Positions 23,246-55,708 are shown, counted from the first letter of the stretch. The stretch: 64,000 nt of DNA from the human T2T-CHM13v2.0 reference genome, Homo sapiens (GCF_009914755.1 NC_060943.1), one strand, 5' to 3'. A program made the numbers and translations. The notes: generated by a model from the sequence alone, not told the origin.

Positions 23246-24779
23246 TCATCACTCCACAGAAGGGACTTGGCTGTCTCCGAGGTCCTGGGGTCTGAGAGAA
23301 GGCTCAAACTTCTGCCAACCCCAGTAGGCTCTAGAGTCAGTCAGCTCCACCTCTGGCTCTGTTCCACCAGGCAAGTTGTTAAAGCTCCCTGAGCCTCAGT
23401 TTTCCTCATCTGTACAATGGGGCTACTGTAAGAGTTAAAGAGGGCATGGGCATAAAAATCCTTAACATCATGCCTATGAAATGCTGGGCTGGGCACGGTG
23501 GCTCGAGCCTGTAATCTCAGTACATTGGGAGGCCGAGGCAAGAGGATCACTTGAAGTCAGGAGTTCGAGACCAGCCTGGCCACTAGAGATGTATTTGTAT
23601 TTTTAGTAGAGATGAGAAACCCCATCTCTACTAAAAATACAAAAACTAGCTAGGTGTGGTAGCACGTGCCTGTAATCCCAGCTACTCGGGAGGCTGAGGC
23701 AGGAGAATCGCTTGAACTTGGAAGGTGGAGGTTTCAGTGAACCGAGATCACACCACTACACTGCAGTCTGGGTGACAGAGTGAGACCGTGTCTCAAAAAA
23801 CAAACAAACAAACAAAAAAGCTGGATAAATGGGGTTTGTTGTTGATATTATTGTAAGTTGTGAAGCAAACCCACCCTCACCTAAATTCACTGATTTGTTC
23901 ATGTCATTTATTCATAACATGTTTATAGAGCCTTTAAAACATCAGTTGGGCGTGGTGGCTCACACCTGTAATCCTAGCACTTTGGGAGGCTGAGGAGGGT
24001 GAATCACTTGAGCCCAGGAGTTCAAGACCAGCCTGGGCAGCAGGGCAAAACCCTGCTTCTGCAAAAAATTAAAAAGAAAAAAGTCAGCCGGGTGTGGTGG
24101 TGCATGCCTATACTCCCAGCTACTTGGGAGGCTGAGGCAGGAGGATCACTTGAGCCCTGGAGGTCAAGGCTGCAGCAAGCTGAGATCATGCCACTGCACT
24201 GCAGCCTGAGTAACAGGCTTTGAGTGAGACTCTGTCTCAAAACAAAACAAAACATCAAGTGGCCTGTGCAAAATGCTGTGAGGCACATAGGAAGATCTGG
24301 AAGTAACCCTTCACACCACCATGCTTTTGCTCATGCTGTTCCCTCCACCCAGAGCACCATCTCCCTCCTGCTCATCTCCCCCTCATCACATCTTCTGAGA
24401 CTCAAGTAAATGGTGGTGGTGGAATCAGGGTAGGCTTCCCAGAGGAAGAGAGCCCTGGATACCCCACTCCTCAGCTCCCTTAGCCCTCCCTCATCTCTTT
24501 CATTCTAACCCCATGGGACGTGCAGGAGTGATGGCTAGGAATAGGGCTGGGTCCCAGAGCCAGGAACAGTGCCTGGTATACAGTAGGTGCTCAATTAATG
24601 CTTGTTGCATAAATAAAATAAGTGACTTCATGAAGGAACCAGCTGGCATTTACCATTCACAGCCTCAGGATCCTGCCAAGACCTAGTGAGTGGATTACGA
24701 TGTTGGGAAGCAGCGGGGCACCACATGAATAAATAAATGAAGGGGGCAGAGATAAGGCCCATACACCATACAGGGTGGT

Positions 24780-25930
<1,151 letters not shown>

Positions 25931-28312
25931 ATTGGCAAACGCCTGTGGGTCCCCGGTGGAGGGGAGGGGGGACAGGTATTTCCTCAGCTGAGCTCAGGCA
26001 ACACGGCAACCCATCTCAGCCTAGCTTCACTCCTGCCAAGCCCACCCCAACATCTCTCGTGCTCAGCCATCCCAGCCCCTCCCCTCTCTGGGCACCATCC
26101 CACCTCTCCCTGGGAGACTGGCCTCACCCAGCACTTCTCCCTCTCCCCACCCCTCCCTGCCTCCTACTCCTCCTCACTCCAACCTCACACCTCCCTTTAC
26201 ACCTGAGGGCCTTACCTCCCACCCCTGTCAACCTCTTCCCCAGCCTTGCCCCTCCCAGCGATTCCTCTCCACTCAGCCGGGCCCCTCCCTGTAAAGTCCA
26301 CAGAATCCAGCACAGTCCTCCCCCAACGTCTCTGTTTCTGGAAGCCTCATCCCTCTTGCCTCCTGCTGCCCCCCCTTAATGCCACCCCCGCAGCCGAGCC
26401 TCCTGTTTGCGTCAGAGTTAAGGGTGAGATCCCCGCCCCCCCCCCCCCCCCCACTCCACTAGGCAAACCTTCCAGAGAAGCCCAACTTGGAGGATGTGAG
26501 GCGGGGTGGGGCGGGATGCTGGGGGGAGAAGAGAGAGGATAGAGGAGTCAGCCAAGAACACCCACGTCGGAACCTCCTCCAGTGCCACCTTTAAGAGTCC
26601 GGCTACTTAGAGCAGGGGGAGAGGTCAGTAGGGGGTCTGGACATTCAAGTTCTCCTCCCATTCCGTCCTCAGGCCTAGGCGGTGGGGGTCGCCTAGGGGT
26701 CTCCTTCACTTCCCTACTCCCCTAACTCCATAGGCCTGGAGGCTAGGGGATGGAGGAGTTGACCTTTGACTCTAGGGACCCTTCTTCCACCACCCCCAGC
26801 CCCGTCCAGCAGAAACGAGCTTAGAGAAAGTAGGCCCCTGTCCCTTTAAGAACACCCGCGTCCACGCCGGCCCAGCCCGGCCGGATTTGCACTCGGAAGC
26901 TGCCGCGGCGGGGAGCGGGCGGGCGGGGCAGGGTTTGTGAATGAATCGGCCGAGGGGGAGGGGAGGGAGGAGGAGGGGCGGCGGGGGCGGTTCCCGGCTC
27001 CCCGGCCTGCCCACCCTGTGTCCAGGCAGCAGGAGTTCAGCACACGCACGCTTCCTGTCGCCCGAGGTCTCCCGAAGCCTGCAGTCTCAGGCTTGGCAGA
27101 CACACCCCTTCCCCCACCCCAGCCTTCTTGAAATGGGTGGGAGTGACGGGGGGACCCCAGTCCTTAAGAACCAGGGGTTCAGAGCTCTGTAGGCGTGGAA
27201 CGGCGGTCCACATCCACCCCTGCCGCCCAAGGTCTCCCAGAGTTTGATTTCTCAAACGGGAGTGCCCAGAACGCCTGGGTTCGGTTGGGCTGGCTTCCCC
27301 ACGACCCCAGAGCCATAAAGGTGTGGGGTGGGGGGTCATGCCCCTCCCACGTCTCCCTCCCTCCTCCAACCCCAACGCAGAGCGTGGGCCTGGGCGTGGG
27401 CCTCTGTGCAGATGGCGTTCTGGCCCCAAAATAGCTCCCCCCCCACCTCACGTCTCCCTCCCTCCCTCTCTCCAGTGCAAAGTGGGTGAGGTGAGGATGG
27501 GCCAGGAGGGGGACCAGGAGACATTGCTCTTCCAAGAAGTAGGCTCCCTGCCGAGAAGGCCCTGAAACGTGTTTGGGAGAACCGGAGGGGGCAGGGAGCG
27601 GGAAGACCTTCTGGACATTCCTCCAACCCCCTCACTCGGGAGGCCAAAGAGTTAACTGGAAAAGCGCCCCCAGACCTCCAGTCACAGCCCTCTCTGGACG
27701 CTGGGAGGGGTCTCCTGTCTCCACACTCCCCCCACTCCAGTCCTCTTTACACCTAGGGCTGGGAGAGTCCTAGAACTCGTGGATGCCCTGATGGCCAAGC
27801 CCCTCTACCTATATCTTACATCCCCACGGCTTGGAGAACCCTCCCACCGCACTCTCCTTCGAATTTCCAGCCGGGTCCGCGTCCATGAGGACCCGTAACC
27901 CAGCCCACAACACCAGACCCCTTCCAAGCACCCCTGCAGGCTTCAATCAAACTACCGAGCCCAGACTCTTCCTCACTGACCCTCTAAAAACCTGGTCTAC
28001 ACAGACGCCCCAGTCTAGATCGTTTCCGGGTAGAACCCCGGATACCCGTCCACGTCCACACGGGCCTCCGCGTTCAGCCGCGTCCACACGACCCCTCCAG
28101 CAGCGGCCACCAGGACCCCCGAGAGCCCTGCCGCGTCTACACGGATCACCCCCTCCGGGGCCCAGCTGCGTCGACAAGGGCTACCCCTCTCAAAAGTCCA
28201 GCCACCTGGACTCGGGTCACCCCCCAGGAACCCCCTGGGAGCCGCATCCACGCGGACCCCGACCCCAGCCCGCGTCCACACGGGTCCCCCGACCCCCAGC
28301 CTCGCCTCCTAC

Positions 28313-28334
28313 CTCCAACGCAAAGCAGAGACAT
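28313..28334 (-). CDS. UNC13A: UNC13A (Munc13-1) coding exon 1, MSLLCVG + 1 nt
   Basis: Minus strand ATG TCT CTG CTT TGC GTT GGA G followed by donor GTAGGA. Matches the Munc13-1 N-terminus MSLLCVGVKKAKFDG and lies in a CpG island. Confidence 0.96.
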
Positions 28335-28390
28335 GTCTCCGAGCTCGCAGGTGGGCCGGAGGCGGCCGGGCCGGCTCTGTCGGGTCGGGC

Positions 28391-28414
28391 TCAGCGGCCG
28401 CTGGGCTGGGGCAT
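28391..28414 (-). other. uORF2 in the UNC13A leader, MPQPSGR*
   Basis: GAGATGC context, stop TGA at 28393-28391, ending 56 nt before the main ATG. Confidence 0.55.
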
Positions 28415-28439
28415 CTCCCGGCTGCAGCCCGCGCTTGGC

Positions 28440-28469
28440 TCACGCCGGGGCCCGGCCGCCACCGGCCAT
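28440..28469 (-). other. uORF1 in the UNC13A leader, MAGGGRAPA*
   Basis: CCAAGATGG context (A at -3, G at +4), stop TGA at 28442-28440. Requires a TSS upstream of 28469. Confidence 0.55.
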
Positions 28470-28474
28470 CTTGG

Positions 28475-28501
28475 TTCAGCACCGGGGGCGCGGACAGCGC
28501 C
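28475..28501 (+). promoter_or_regulatory. Non-canonical (8-nt spacer) RE1/NRSE at the UNC13A transcription start region
   Basis: Perfect left half TTCAGCACC (28475-28483), spacer GGGGGCGC, perfect right half GGACAGCGCC (28492-28501). Confidence 0.8.
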
Positions 28502-29202
28502 TGACGTGGCGCTGATGCGGGGCGGGCAGGCGGAGCCCAGGGACGCCTGATGGGGCGGGGGCGCTGCGGGCTGGGGGGGCGTTAAAGGGCCTGGCTCCGG
28601 GAAGGGGCGCCTCGCCCCACACCTCCTCGTTGCAGGGGGACAAGGGGCGACGGCGGCCCCCAAGCAGGTTTCCTCCTGTGCAGACCCTCACCTGCACTGA
28701 AATGGTGCACGTGCCCCCGCCACCCATGCATGGACATTCCTGCCCTGGTAACCTGGGCAAACGCCTCCCTGCAATACTCAAGCAAGTACAGGCAAATGCA
28801 AGCTCTTGTGTGTACGCCCGGCACCAGCACCGGGCAGATGGTCCTGTTCTCTGAGTATCTCTCTTCCTCTGTCTCTACGTCTCTGTCTCTCTAACTCTAC
28901 TGCCTGGTCTCTTTCTCTCCCTGGGTCTCTGTTCCTCTGACTCTGTCCACTGCTCTCTCAGTCATGTGTCTCTTAGCCTCTCTCTGTAAAGTCTTTTTGC
29001 AGCTCTACTGCATCCTGTCTAGGTCTCTCTCTATGTCTCTAAGCCATCCAGCCCATGGGTCCTTGCCCACACTCTGAACTCCTTTTCATCCATCAATGTC
29101 TTGTCTGAATATCCTCTCCTCCAGGAAGGCTTCCCTGACTGCCCCAAGCTGAGCCTTTGTTTCTCCTCTCTGGACTCCCCCAGCCCCTATCCCTTCCTCT
29201 GA

Positions 29203-39050
<9,848 letters not shown>

Positions 39051-39329
39051 GCAGCCCCAATCCAAGGCAAACTTGCTTGGTCTTCAGATAAATTCCCAGT
39101 CCTTACGGGGTGCATTTGATGTTCCTGGCACTGTGCAAAGCTCCATGGAGTAGACGGATACCGATGAGACGTCAATTTGTTCAGCCAGCGTTTGCTGGTG
39201 CCATCTGGATGCTGGGAACTAAGCTTGTCACCAGGTTCTGCCAGGCGACATTGTCCCTAGCATGGGAAGTGGGAATGAACAAGCAGGCAGAGGAAGTCAA
39301 GGACGATTATGAGGCGATGGGAAGGGTCT

Positions 39330-40900
<1,571 letters not shown>

Positions 40901-41129
40901 TCAGGTGCAGTGGCTTATGTCTGTAATCCCAGCACTTTGGGAGGCCGAGGCGGGAGGATTCCTTGAGGGAGACCAGGAGTTTGAGATCAGCCTGGGCAAC
41001 AGAGTGAGACCCCATCTCTACAAAAATTTTTAAATGAGCTGGGCATGGTGGTGTGTGCCTGTAGTCCCAGCTACTCAGGAGGCTGCAGTGGGAGGACTGC
41101 CTGAGCCAAGGAGATGGAGGCTGCAGTGA

Positions 41130-41384
<255 letters not shown>

Positions 41385-41656
41385 TAGTAGAGACAGGTTT
41401 TCACCATGTTGGCCAGGCTGGTTTTGAATTCTTGACCTCAAGTGATCTGCCTGCCTCAGCCTCCCAAGGTGCTAGGATTACAGGCATGAGCTACCACGCT
41501 CGGCTGACCCTGTCTCTTAAAAAAATAAAATAAAGAGGGCCGGGCGCGGTGGCTCACGCTTGTAATCCCAGCACTTTGGGAGGCCGAGGCAGGTGGATCA
41601 CGAGGTCAGGAGATCGAGACCATCCTGGCTAACACAGTGAAACCCCGTCTCTACTA

Positions 41657-41860
<204 letters not shown>

Positions 41861-42283
41861 TCAGGACCCAGGCTACTGTGTGATAGTGGAGGCACCAACA
41901 GGATGGAGAAGGGGCAGATCTCAGGGCGAGTAACTATTCTAAGAGCCAGGTTTTGGCCTTGTGAGTGTGAAATGCCTGCAAGGCACTCAGTGGAAATATC
42001 CAATGCCATTGGATACTGAGGCCTGGAGCTCTGGGGAGATGCAGGCTGGAGACACCAATGGGATAGTCGACAACACGCAATGAGGTGTGGCTATTTGGGG
42101 CAAGGGCATAGATACAAGGTCAAGGGACACCCTGCTCTTCCAGGACTATCAAAGCCAAGACATCACACCCAGGGGTCCACCCTTTACAACTCTGTCCATG
42201 CCCAACGCCAGTCCCTGTTATCAGGTCAGCAGGAATGCTACCTGCAGGGAACATGGAATTCAGTGTCCTTGGGCTTACCATAG

Positions 42284-42609
<326 letters not shown>

Positions 42610-42826
42610 TAGATGGGGAGACTGAGTTCCTGAGAGTTTGGGGCAGCAGGCAGCGGGGCGGGGGAGGGGGACAAGGCTGGGACGTGAAGTGGGTCTGGAG
42701 TAACTCTCAGAATAGGCCGTTTCTGCAATGCAGACGTCTGTGTAATCGTTCATTCATTCAATGAACGTAGTTTGGATCCACACCCTTGCCCATCTCGCGC
42801 TGATCTGAAAGGGGACGTTTCTGCTA

Positions 42827-42958
<132 letters not shown>

Positions 42959-43533
42959 TTAGCTAGGCGTGGTGGCGCCTGCCTGTAGTCAGTCCCAGCT
43001 ACTTGGGAGGCTGAAGCAGGAGAATCACTTGAACCTCAAAGGCAGAGGCTGCAGTGAGCCGAGATCACGCCACTGCACTTCAGCCTGGGTGCAACAGAGT
43101 GAGACCCCATCTCAAAATAATAATAATGATGATGATAATAATCATAATGATGAAAGGGGCATTTCAACGTTCACCATTGAGCACTCGGATCCAATTAATT
43201 TTTAAGCTCTGGTGCCCCATTTTCTTCCAGCCAACAGCTCAGCTAATTCCAAAGCTATTGATTTGAGCCTTCTCATCCCTCCACTTAATTATGCCGGTGC
43301 TGTCTGTATCTTCTCTTGCCCTTTTTTCTCTGCGGCTCCTTCTTTGCCAAGGTCAAGGGTCCAGCGAGCAAGGAGGATCTCGCTCAGCACAGGGAATTGG
43401 AGGAAGGACATTCCTGGCCGAGGGCAGGGTGTGTGCAAAGGCTCTGAGATTGGACCTCTTATTGAACTTAATTGTAGCTGTCAGGCTGCCTGGGGCAGAG
43501 AAATCGATGAGGGCAAACTTGGCTTATCGCCTA

Positions 43534-44124
<591 letters not shown>

Positions 44125-44713
44125 TCAGACCCAATGGAGGCGAGGTTCCGGACTCAGAGAGGGGGCCTCAGCCCAAAGTTCCCAGAGTGGCCAGCTGGGG
44201 GCAGCATAAGCCATTAGGCCATCCCAGGGCTGGGAGCAGAGGGGAACCAGGGACCCTCTGTGACCCTCTGACGGAGGTTAACTTATTTGACATGTGCCTG
44301 CAGTGTGCCAGACATGGAACAGAACTCTACAAGCACTCATTTAATCCCCATAATAGAGTTTGCAGATGGGGAAACTGAGAACAACAACGTTAAGTTGCTC
44401 ACCCAACGTCACACATCAGGGGAGTGGCAGAGCTTGGATTTGAATTTAGGAAGCCCAGCTGAGGCCCTTAACCTCTGCACTCTACTGGCTCTCCTTCCCC
44501 TAAATCTCCTAAAATGACAGTTTAAAACTTTTTTTAAGGTGGCGCCGGGTGGGGGGTGGGGGGCGGGTGTGGGTAGGGCACGGGCATGGTGGCTCATGCC
44601 TGTAATCCCAGCACTTTGGAAGGCCAAGGCGGGCAGATCACTTGAGGTCAGGAGTTCGAGCCCAACATGGCCAACATGGTGAAACCCCGTCTCTACTAAA
44701 ACTACAAAAATTA

Positions 44714-44887
<174 letters not shown>

Positions 44888-45968
44888 TCACACTTGTAAT
44901 CCTAGCACTTTGGGATGCGGAAAGATTGCTTGGGCTCAGGAGTTCAAGACCAGCCTGGGCAACAATAGTGAGACCTCATCTCTACTTTATTTATTTTATT
45001 TATTTATTTATTTTCTGAGTCAGAGTCTCGCTCTGTCACCCAGGCTGGAGTGCAATGGCACAACCTTTGGCTCACTGCAACCTCTGCCTCCCAGGTTCAA
45101 GTAATTCTCCTGCCTCAGCCTCCCGAGTAGCTGGGATTAAGGCGCCTGCCACTACGCCCAGCTAATTTTTGTATTTTTGGTAGAAATGGGGTTTCACCAT
45201 ATTGGCCAGGCTGGTCTCGAACTCCTGACTTCGTGATCTGCCTGCCTCGGCCTCCCAAAGTGCCGGGATTACAAGCGTGAGCCACCACGCCAGGCCCTCT
45301 ACTTTAAATATGTATATATTTTTTAAGTCAAAAAAAGCAAGGGCTCCCTCTCAACACTCTTTCTGTGTATCTCACTTATATGTCAACTCTGGAAGTGGGT
45401 ACCATCATTTCCATTTTACAGATGAGGAAACTGAGGCACAAAGGAGTGAGCTGAGGGCCAGGTGGTGTTATGTCCAATGTAAGTATCCTAAGAGCATGTG
45501 AAATGAATTTTTGGTTGGGCCTGGCTTGGAAAGGGGCCAGCACGAACCTTGTCTTCTGCAGCCTCCAGTACCTCCGCTGTCGCCACTGGATCCAGCCATG
45601 TCCCTAGACCCGCCCTAGCTCAGGGCTACACCCGGACTCACTCTGATCCTCCAAGTCCTGTTTCCCCACTCTAGACTGGCTGGAGACCTCGTGGACTCAC
45701 AACCAACCTAAGAGGTTGAAGTAGGGAGGGGAGAGAACACTCACCGTGGGGCCTCTCTTTCCTTTGACCCGTGAGAAAACCATAGACCAGGGATGCCAAG
45801 GCATTTGCCCAAACCACCCAGGTAGTAGGAGACATTGCTGGACCCCAACTCAGGGGTTTGACTTCTCATATCTATAGGACCACCATAAGGGGACTGTCAG
45901 GCAGGCCTATCTCAGACCCTTGGTGCCCGCAGCTGAAAAGCACTCTGGGGCCCTATGAAAATGCTTTA

Positions 45969-46370
<402 letters not shown>

Positions 46371-47786
46371 TTAATTACATTCAGACACAGGATGTCACCT
46401 TTATTTGGGTTAAATTCAATGCATCTAGAAACAGCCCCGGGGTTGGTTCACTATCCCTAGGAAGACCTCAGGCAGATTGCTACCAGCTGCCAGAGAGCTA
46501 CTTGTAGCCAGTAGATTTCCAAAATAAAATGATAAATTACAAGAATTAAGTAATACCAGGTGAGCGCTTAGCATATGCAGGGTTACACCCTCGGGCTGTT
46601 TTAACTCTTTTAATCCCCACAGCGACCCTACCAGTTCAATTGATGGCGAAACCAAGGCCCAGGGAGGTCGCACCTCTGGGGAGAGACAGAGCTGAGATTT
46701 GAACCCCACCAAGCTTGGTGTCTGTGCCCTTGACTCCTCAACCTCACGTTTTACAATAGGGTCATTAGTAGAAAGGGAGGTGCGGGGACGTTGGTGACCG
46801 TTAGACTTGCTGCGGGTCTGGATGTCGACACATGGTGCTGCTTGGGGGCCCAGACGTGAGCAGGAATTGGAAACTGGGTCTGGACCCAGGTTGGTCACCT
46901 CCGCCGGGGTAACAACACTGCGCGCCACTTTGGTAGGTCGCATCCAGCTCGGGATCTGGACCACGTGGCTGGGATGCAGCACAGCCCCTGACCACGCCCC
47001 TGTGACTGCCGCTGCCTGGACCACGGCTGGCGACCAATGAGAAGGCGCACATCAAAAGCTCCGCCTACAAGGCCGTTCTTGCTTGCTGATTGGCCATTTC
47101 AGCTTCCCATCACCTCTCCCATCCTCTGGCCTACAGCCTCCCTGGAATTTTTCCCACACATCTCCCCCGCAGGCCTTTGCACACGCTGTTCCCACAGCCA
47201 GAGATACCTTTTCCCCTCTTCTCCGGGATAAACTGCTTTATCCCCCCTTCTCTGCTAAGATGGCCCCTCCTCCAGGAAGCCTTCCCTGACTCCCAAAAGT
47301 GAGTGGAGGAGGTCAGCTGCTCTCATCACATTAGTTTTCTTATTTGCCTCCCAAGCAGGCTATAAGCTTCTTAGAAGCCAGGACTGGGTCTCAGATAGCT
47401 TTGTCTCTCCATTGCCTCACATAGTAGGTACTCAAGAAACGTATGTCAAATGGAATAATTAATGAATTAATCTGGTCTCAAAGATTGAGGAGCACTGAGC
47501 TAGCAGTTAGGAGCTAGGAAATCCTGAAGGCAGGGCTGGGACACCCGCTGCTGGCTTGGCACAGAGTCTAACACACAGTGAGTGCTCAATACATGTGTGT
47601 GGAATAGAGGAGGGAAGGGACATGTACATCATCCCTGAGGACGGCCCACAGTATGTGCTTGATGTTGGCTCACTGCACCATTTCATAGTCCCCCACAGCC
47701 CCAGGGACCTAAGTCAGTCTTATCACAGTTCCAGCCTGTCCAGTTGGCCACCTCTTTCCCCATTTGCCCCCCATAGCCAGCCCTGA

Positions 47787-49026
<1,240 letters not shown>

Positions 49027-49981
49027 CACCATCAACTTCCACTCTGTGAGAATCAATTGCAACCACACTCTCTTCTCCCAAGAGACCCCCTGTGGTCCCC
49101 TTCAGAGCCCCCAGTTCCTCTACCCAGGGCACCTCCTGCTTTCACCCCTTCTTCCAGCCCATTCATGATCACCTGGAGAGTCTGTATCTGGTTCTGTCTC
49201 CCTGAGCCTGGAGGATCCTTGAGGCCAGGCTGGAGTGAGAGTAGCACAGAGGGTTTGGCTGGTGGTAGTGGGGAGGGGGATTGTTGAGTAAATGAATGCA
49301 TCATCTGACTGGCAAACTCCCACACACTCCTCGAAACCCCAGTTGCAAAGTCTCGTTTTTCAGGATAAGTTCCCTGTCTCCCCAGACATAGTCCCCACTT
49401 TCCCAGCTCCTGGCTTCACCCTCTATCCCAGCCCTGACATCACAGAGATGGGGGACATCTGTGTCCAGCTGATCTTCCTCCAGACAGATGTCTCCTTGGG
49501 CACCAGGACTGAGACCGCTTGGGTATGCCAGCATCACCCAGCACAGGAAAGTTGTCAGGGAGTGTTTATTGAATGAATGAATGAATGGATGGATCTCTTG
49601 CAGGGCCTACAGTCAGTTCCCCTGGGTTCACATCCCAGTCATTGCACAGGTCACTGAATCTGTCCCTTGATGTCTCTGACCCTCACTTTCCAGGCAACTA
49701 CATGTGTTTACTCGAAGCCCATGCCCCAGGTGGTTGTGAAGATAAACTAACACACAAATCTTGTGACTAAAGGGACGTCAGGCTCCCTGGCATCCCAGAG
49801 CAGGAGTGAATTTCACCCAGAACCAGCAGCTCTGTCCTCCCCCTGCCACCCCACAGGTGAATCGCCCCACCACTAGCATCAGCACCCAGAACAGGAATGT
49901 TGTCAACACAAGTGCTTAGTGAATGCTGATACATAGGGTTGGCCTGAGGACGAGGCAAGGAGACAAGAAAGGTGGCTATTA

Positions 49982-50143
<162 letters not shown>

Positions 50144-50447
50144 TTAGCTGGGCACGTTGCCATGCACCTGTAGTCCCAGCTATTCAGGAGGCAGAGGCAG
50201 GAGGATCACTTGAACCCAGGAGATCAAGGATGCAGTGAGCCATGATCATGCTCCTGGACTCCAGCCTGGGCAAGAGTGAGGCCTTGCCTCTTATAAAAAT
50301 AAAAAAAACGTGTCTGGGTGTGGTGGCTCACACCTGTAATCCCAGTGCTTTGGGAGGCCGAGGTGGGCCAATCACATGAGGTCAGGAGTTCGAGACCAGC
50401 CTGGCCAACATGGTAAACCCCATCTCTACTTATAATACAAAAATTCA

Positions 50448-50630
<183 letters not shown>

Positions 50631-51006
50631 TTACACCTGTAATCCTAGCCCTTTGGGAAGCCGAGGCAGGTGAATCGCTTGAGCTCAGGAGTTCAAGATG
50701 AGCCTAGGCAACATGGCGAAACTCCCTCTCTACTAAAAATATGAAAATTAGCCAGGTGTGGTGGCGTGCACCTATAGTTCCAGCTACTTGAGAGGCTGAA
50801 GTGAGAGGATTGCTTGAACCTGGAGGAAGAGGCTGCAGTGACCTGAGATGATGCCACTGCACTCCAGCCTGGGTGACAAAGTGAGACCCTGTCTAAAAGA
50901 AAAAAACAAAAAGGCCAGGCGTGGTGGCTCATGCCTGTAATCCCAGCACTTTGGGAGGCCAAAGCGGGCCGATCACGAGGTCAGGAGATCGACACCATCC
51001 TGGCTA

Positions 51007-51343
<337 letters not shown>

Positions 51344-51529
51344 TTAAAACAGCTTTTTTCTTTAAAGATTTTTTGAGACACAGGATCTCATTATGTTGCC
51401 CAATCTGTTCTCGAACTTCTGGCCTCCAGCAATCCTCCTGCCTCGGCCTCCCAAAGTGCTGAGATTACAGGCGTGAGCCCCCACGCCTGGCAATCAAAAC
51501 AACAACTTTATCCACAATTGTCAACACCT

Positions 51530-52796
<1,267 letters not shown>

Positions 52797-52831
52797 ACCT
52801 GGAAACAACCCAAATGCCCACCAATAGGTGA

Positions 52832-53101
<270 letters not shown>

Positions 53102-53195
53102 TGATCCTCCCGCCTCGGCCTCCCAAAGTGCTGGGATTAACAGGCGTGAGCCATGGTGCCCGGCCTTTTTTTTTTTTTTTTTTTTTTTTAGATAA

Positions 53196-53471
<276 letters not shown>

Positions 53472-53489
53472 TGATTTTTTTTTTAATAG

Positions 53490-55390
<1,901 letters not shown>

Positions 55391-55454
55391 AGGCCGGGTG
55401 CAGTGGCTCATGCCTGTAATCCCAGCACTTTGGGAGTCTGAGGCAGGTGGATCA

Positions 55455-55685
<231 letters not shown>

Positions 55686-55708
55686 TCAAGGTGGATCTCT
55701 TAAGCCTA

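Larger units (their letters stand above)
26780..28720. promoter_or_regulatory. UNC13A: UNC13A promoter / exon 1 / proximal intron 1 CpG island
   Basis: High GC and CpG density, GC boxes (e.g. GGGGCGGGG at about 28552-28560), free of Alus, contains exon 1. Edges approximate. Confidence 0.88.

Noticed and set aside
27036-27043. Isolated RE1 left half-site TTCAGCAC
   Set aside because: No right half-site at a compatible spacing. Too short to call.
27831-28550. 239-aa plus-strand ORF antisense to UNC13A exon 1
   Set aside because: Pro/Arg/Gly-rich with a TTG start, as expected from stop-poor CpG-island sequence. No recognisable domain.
46425-47024. 199-aa non-Alu minus-strand ORF in the intergenic region
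   Set aside because: GTG start, runs through MIR-like sequence, no recognisable homology or exon structure.
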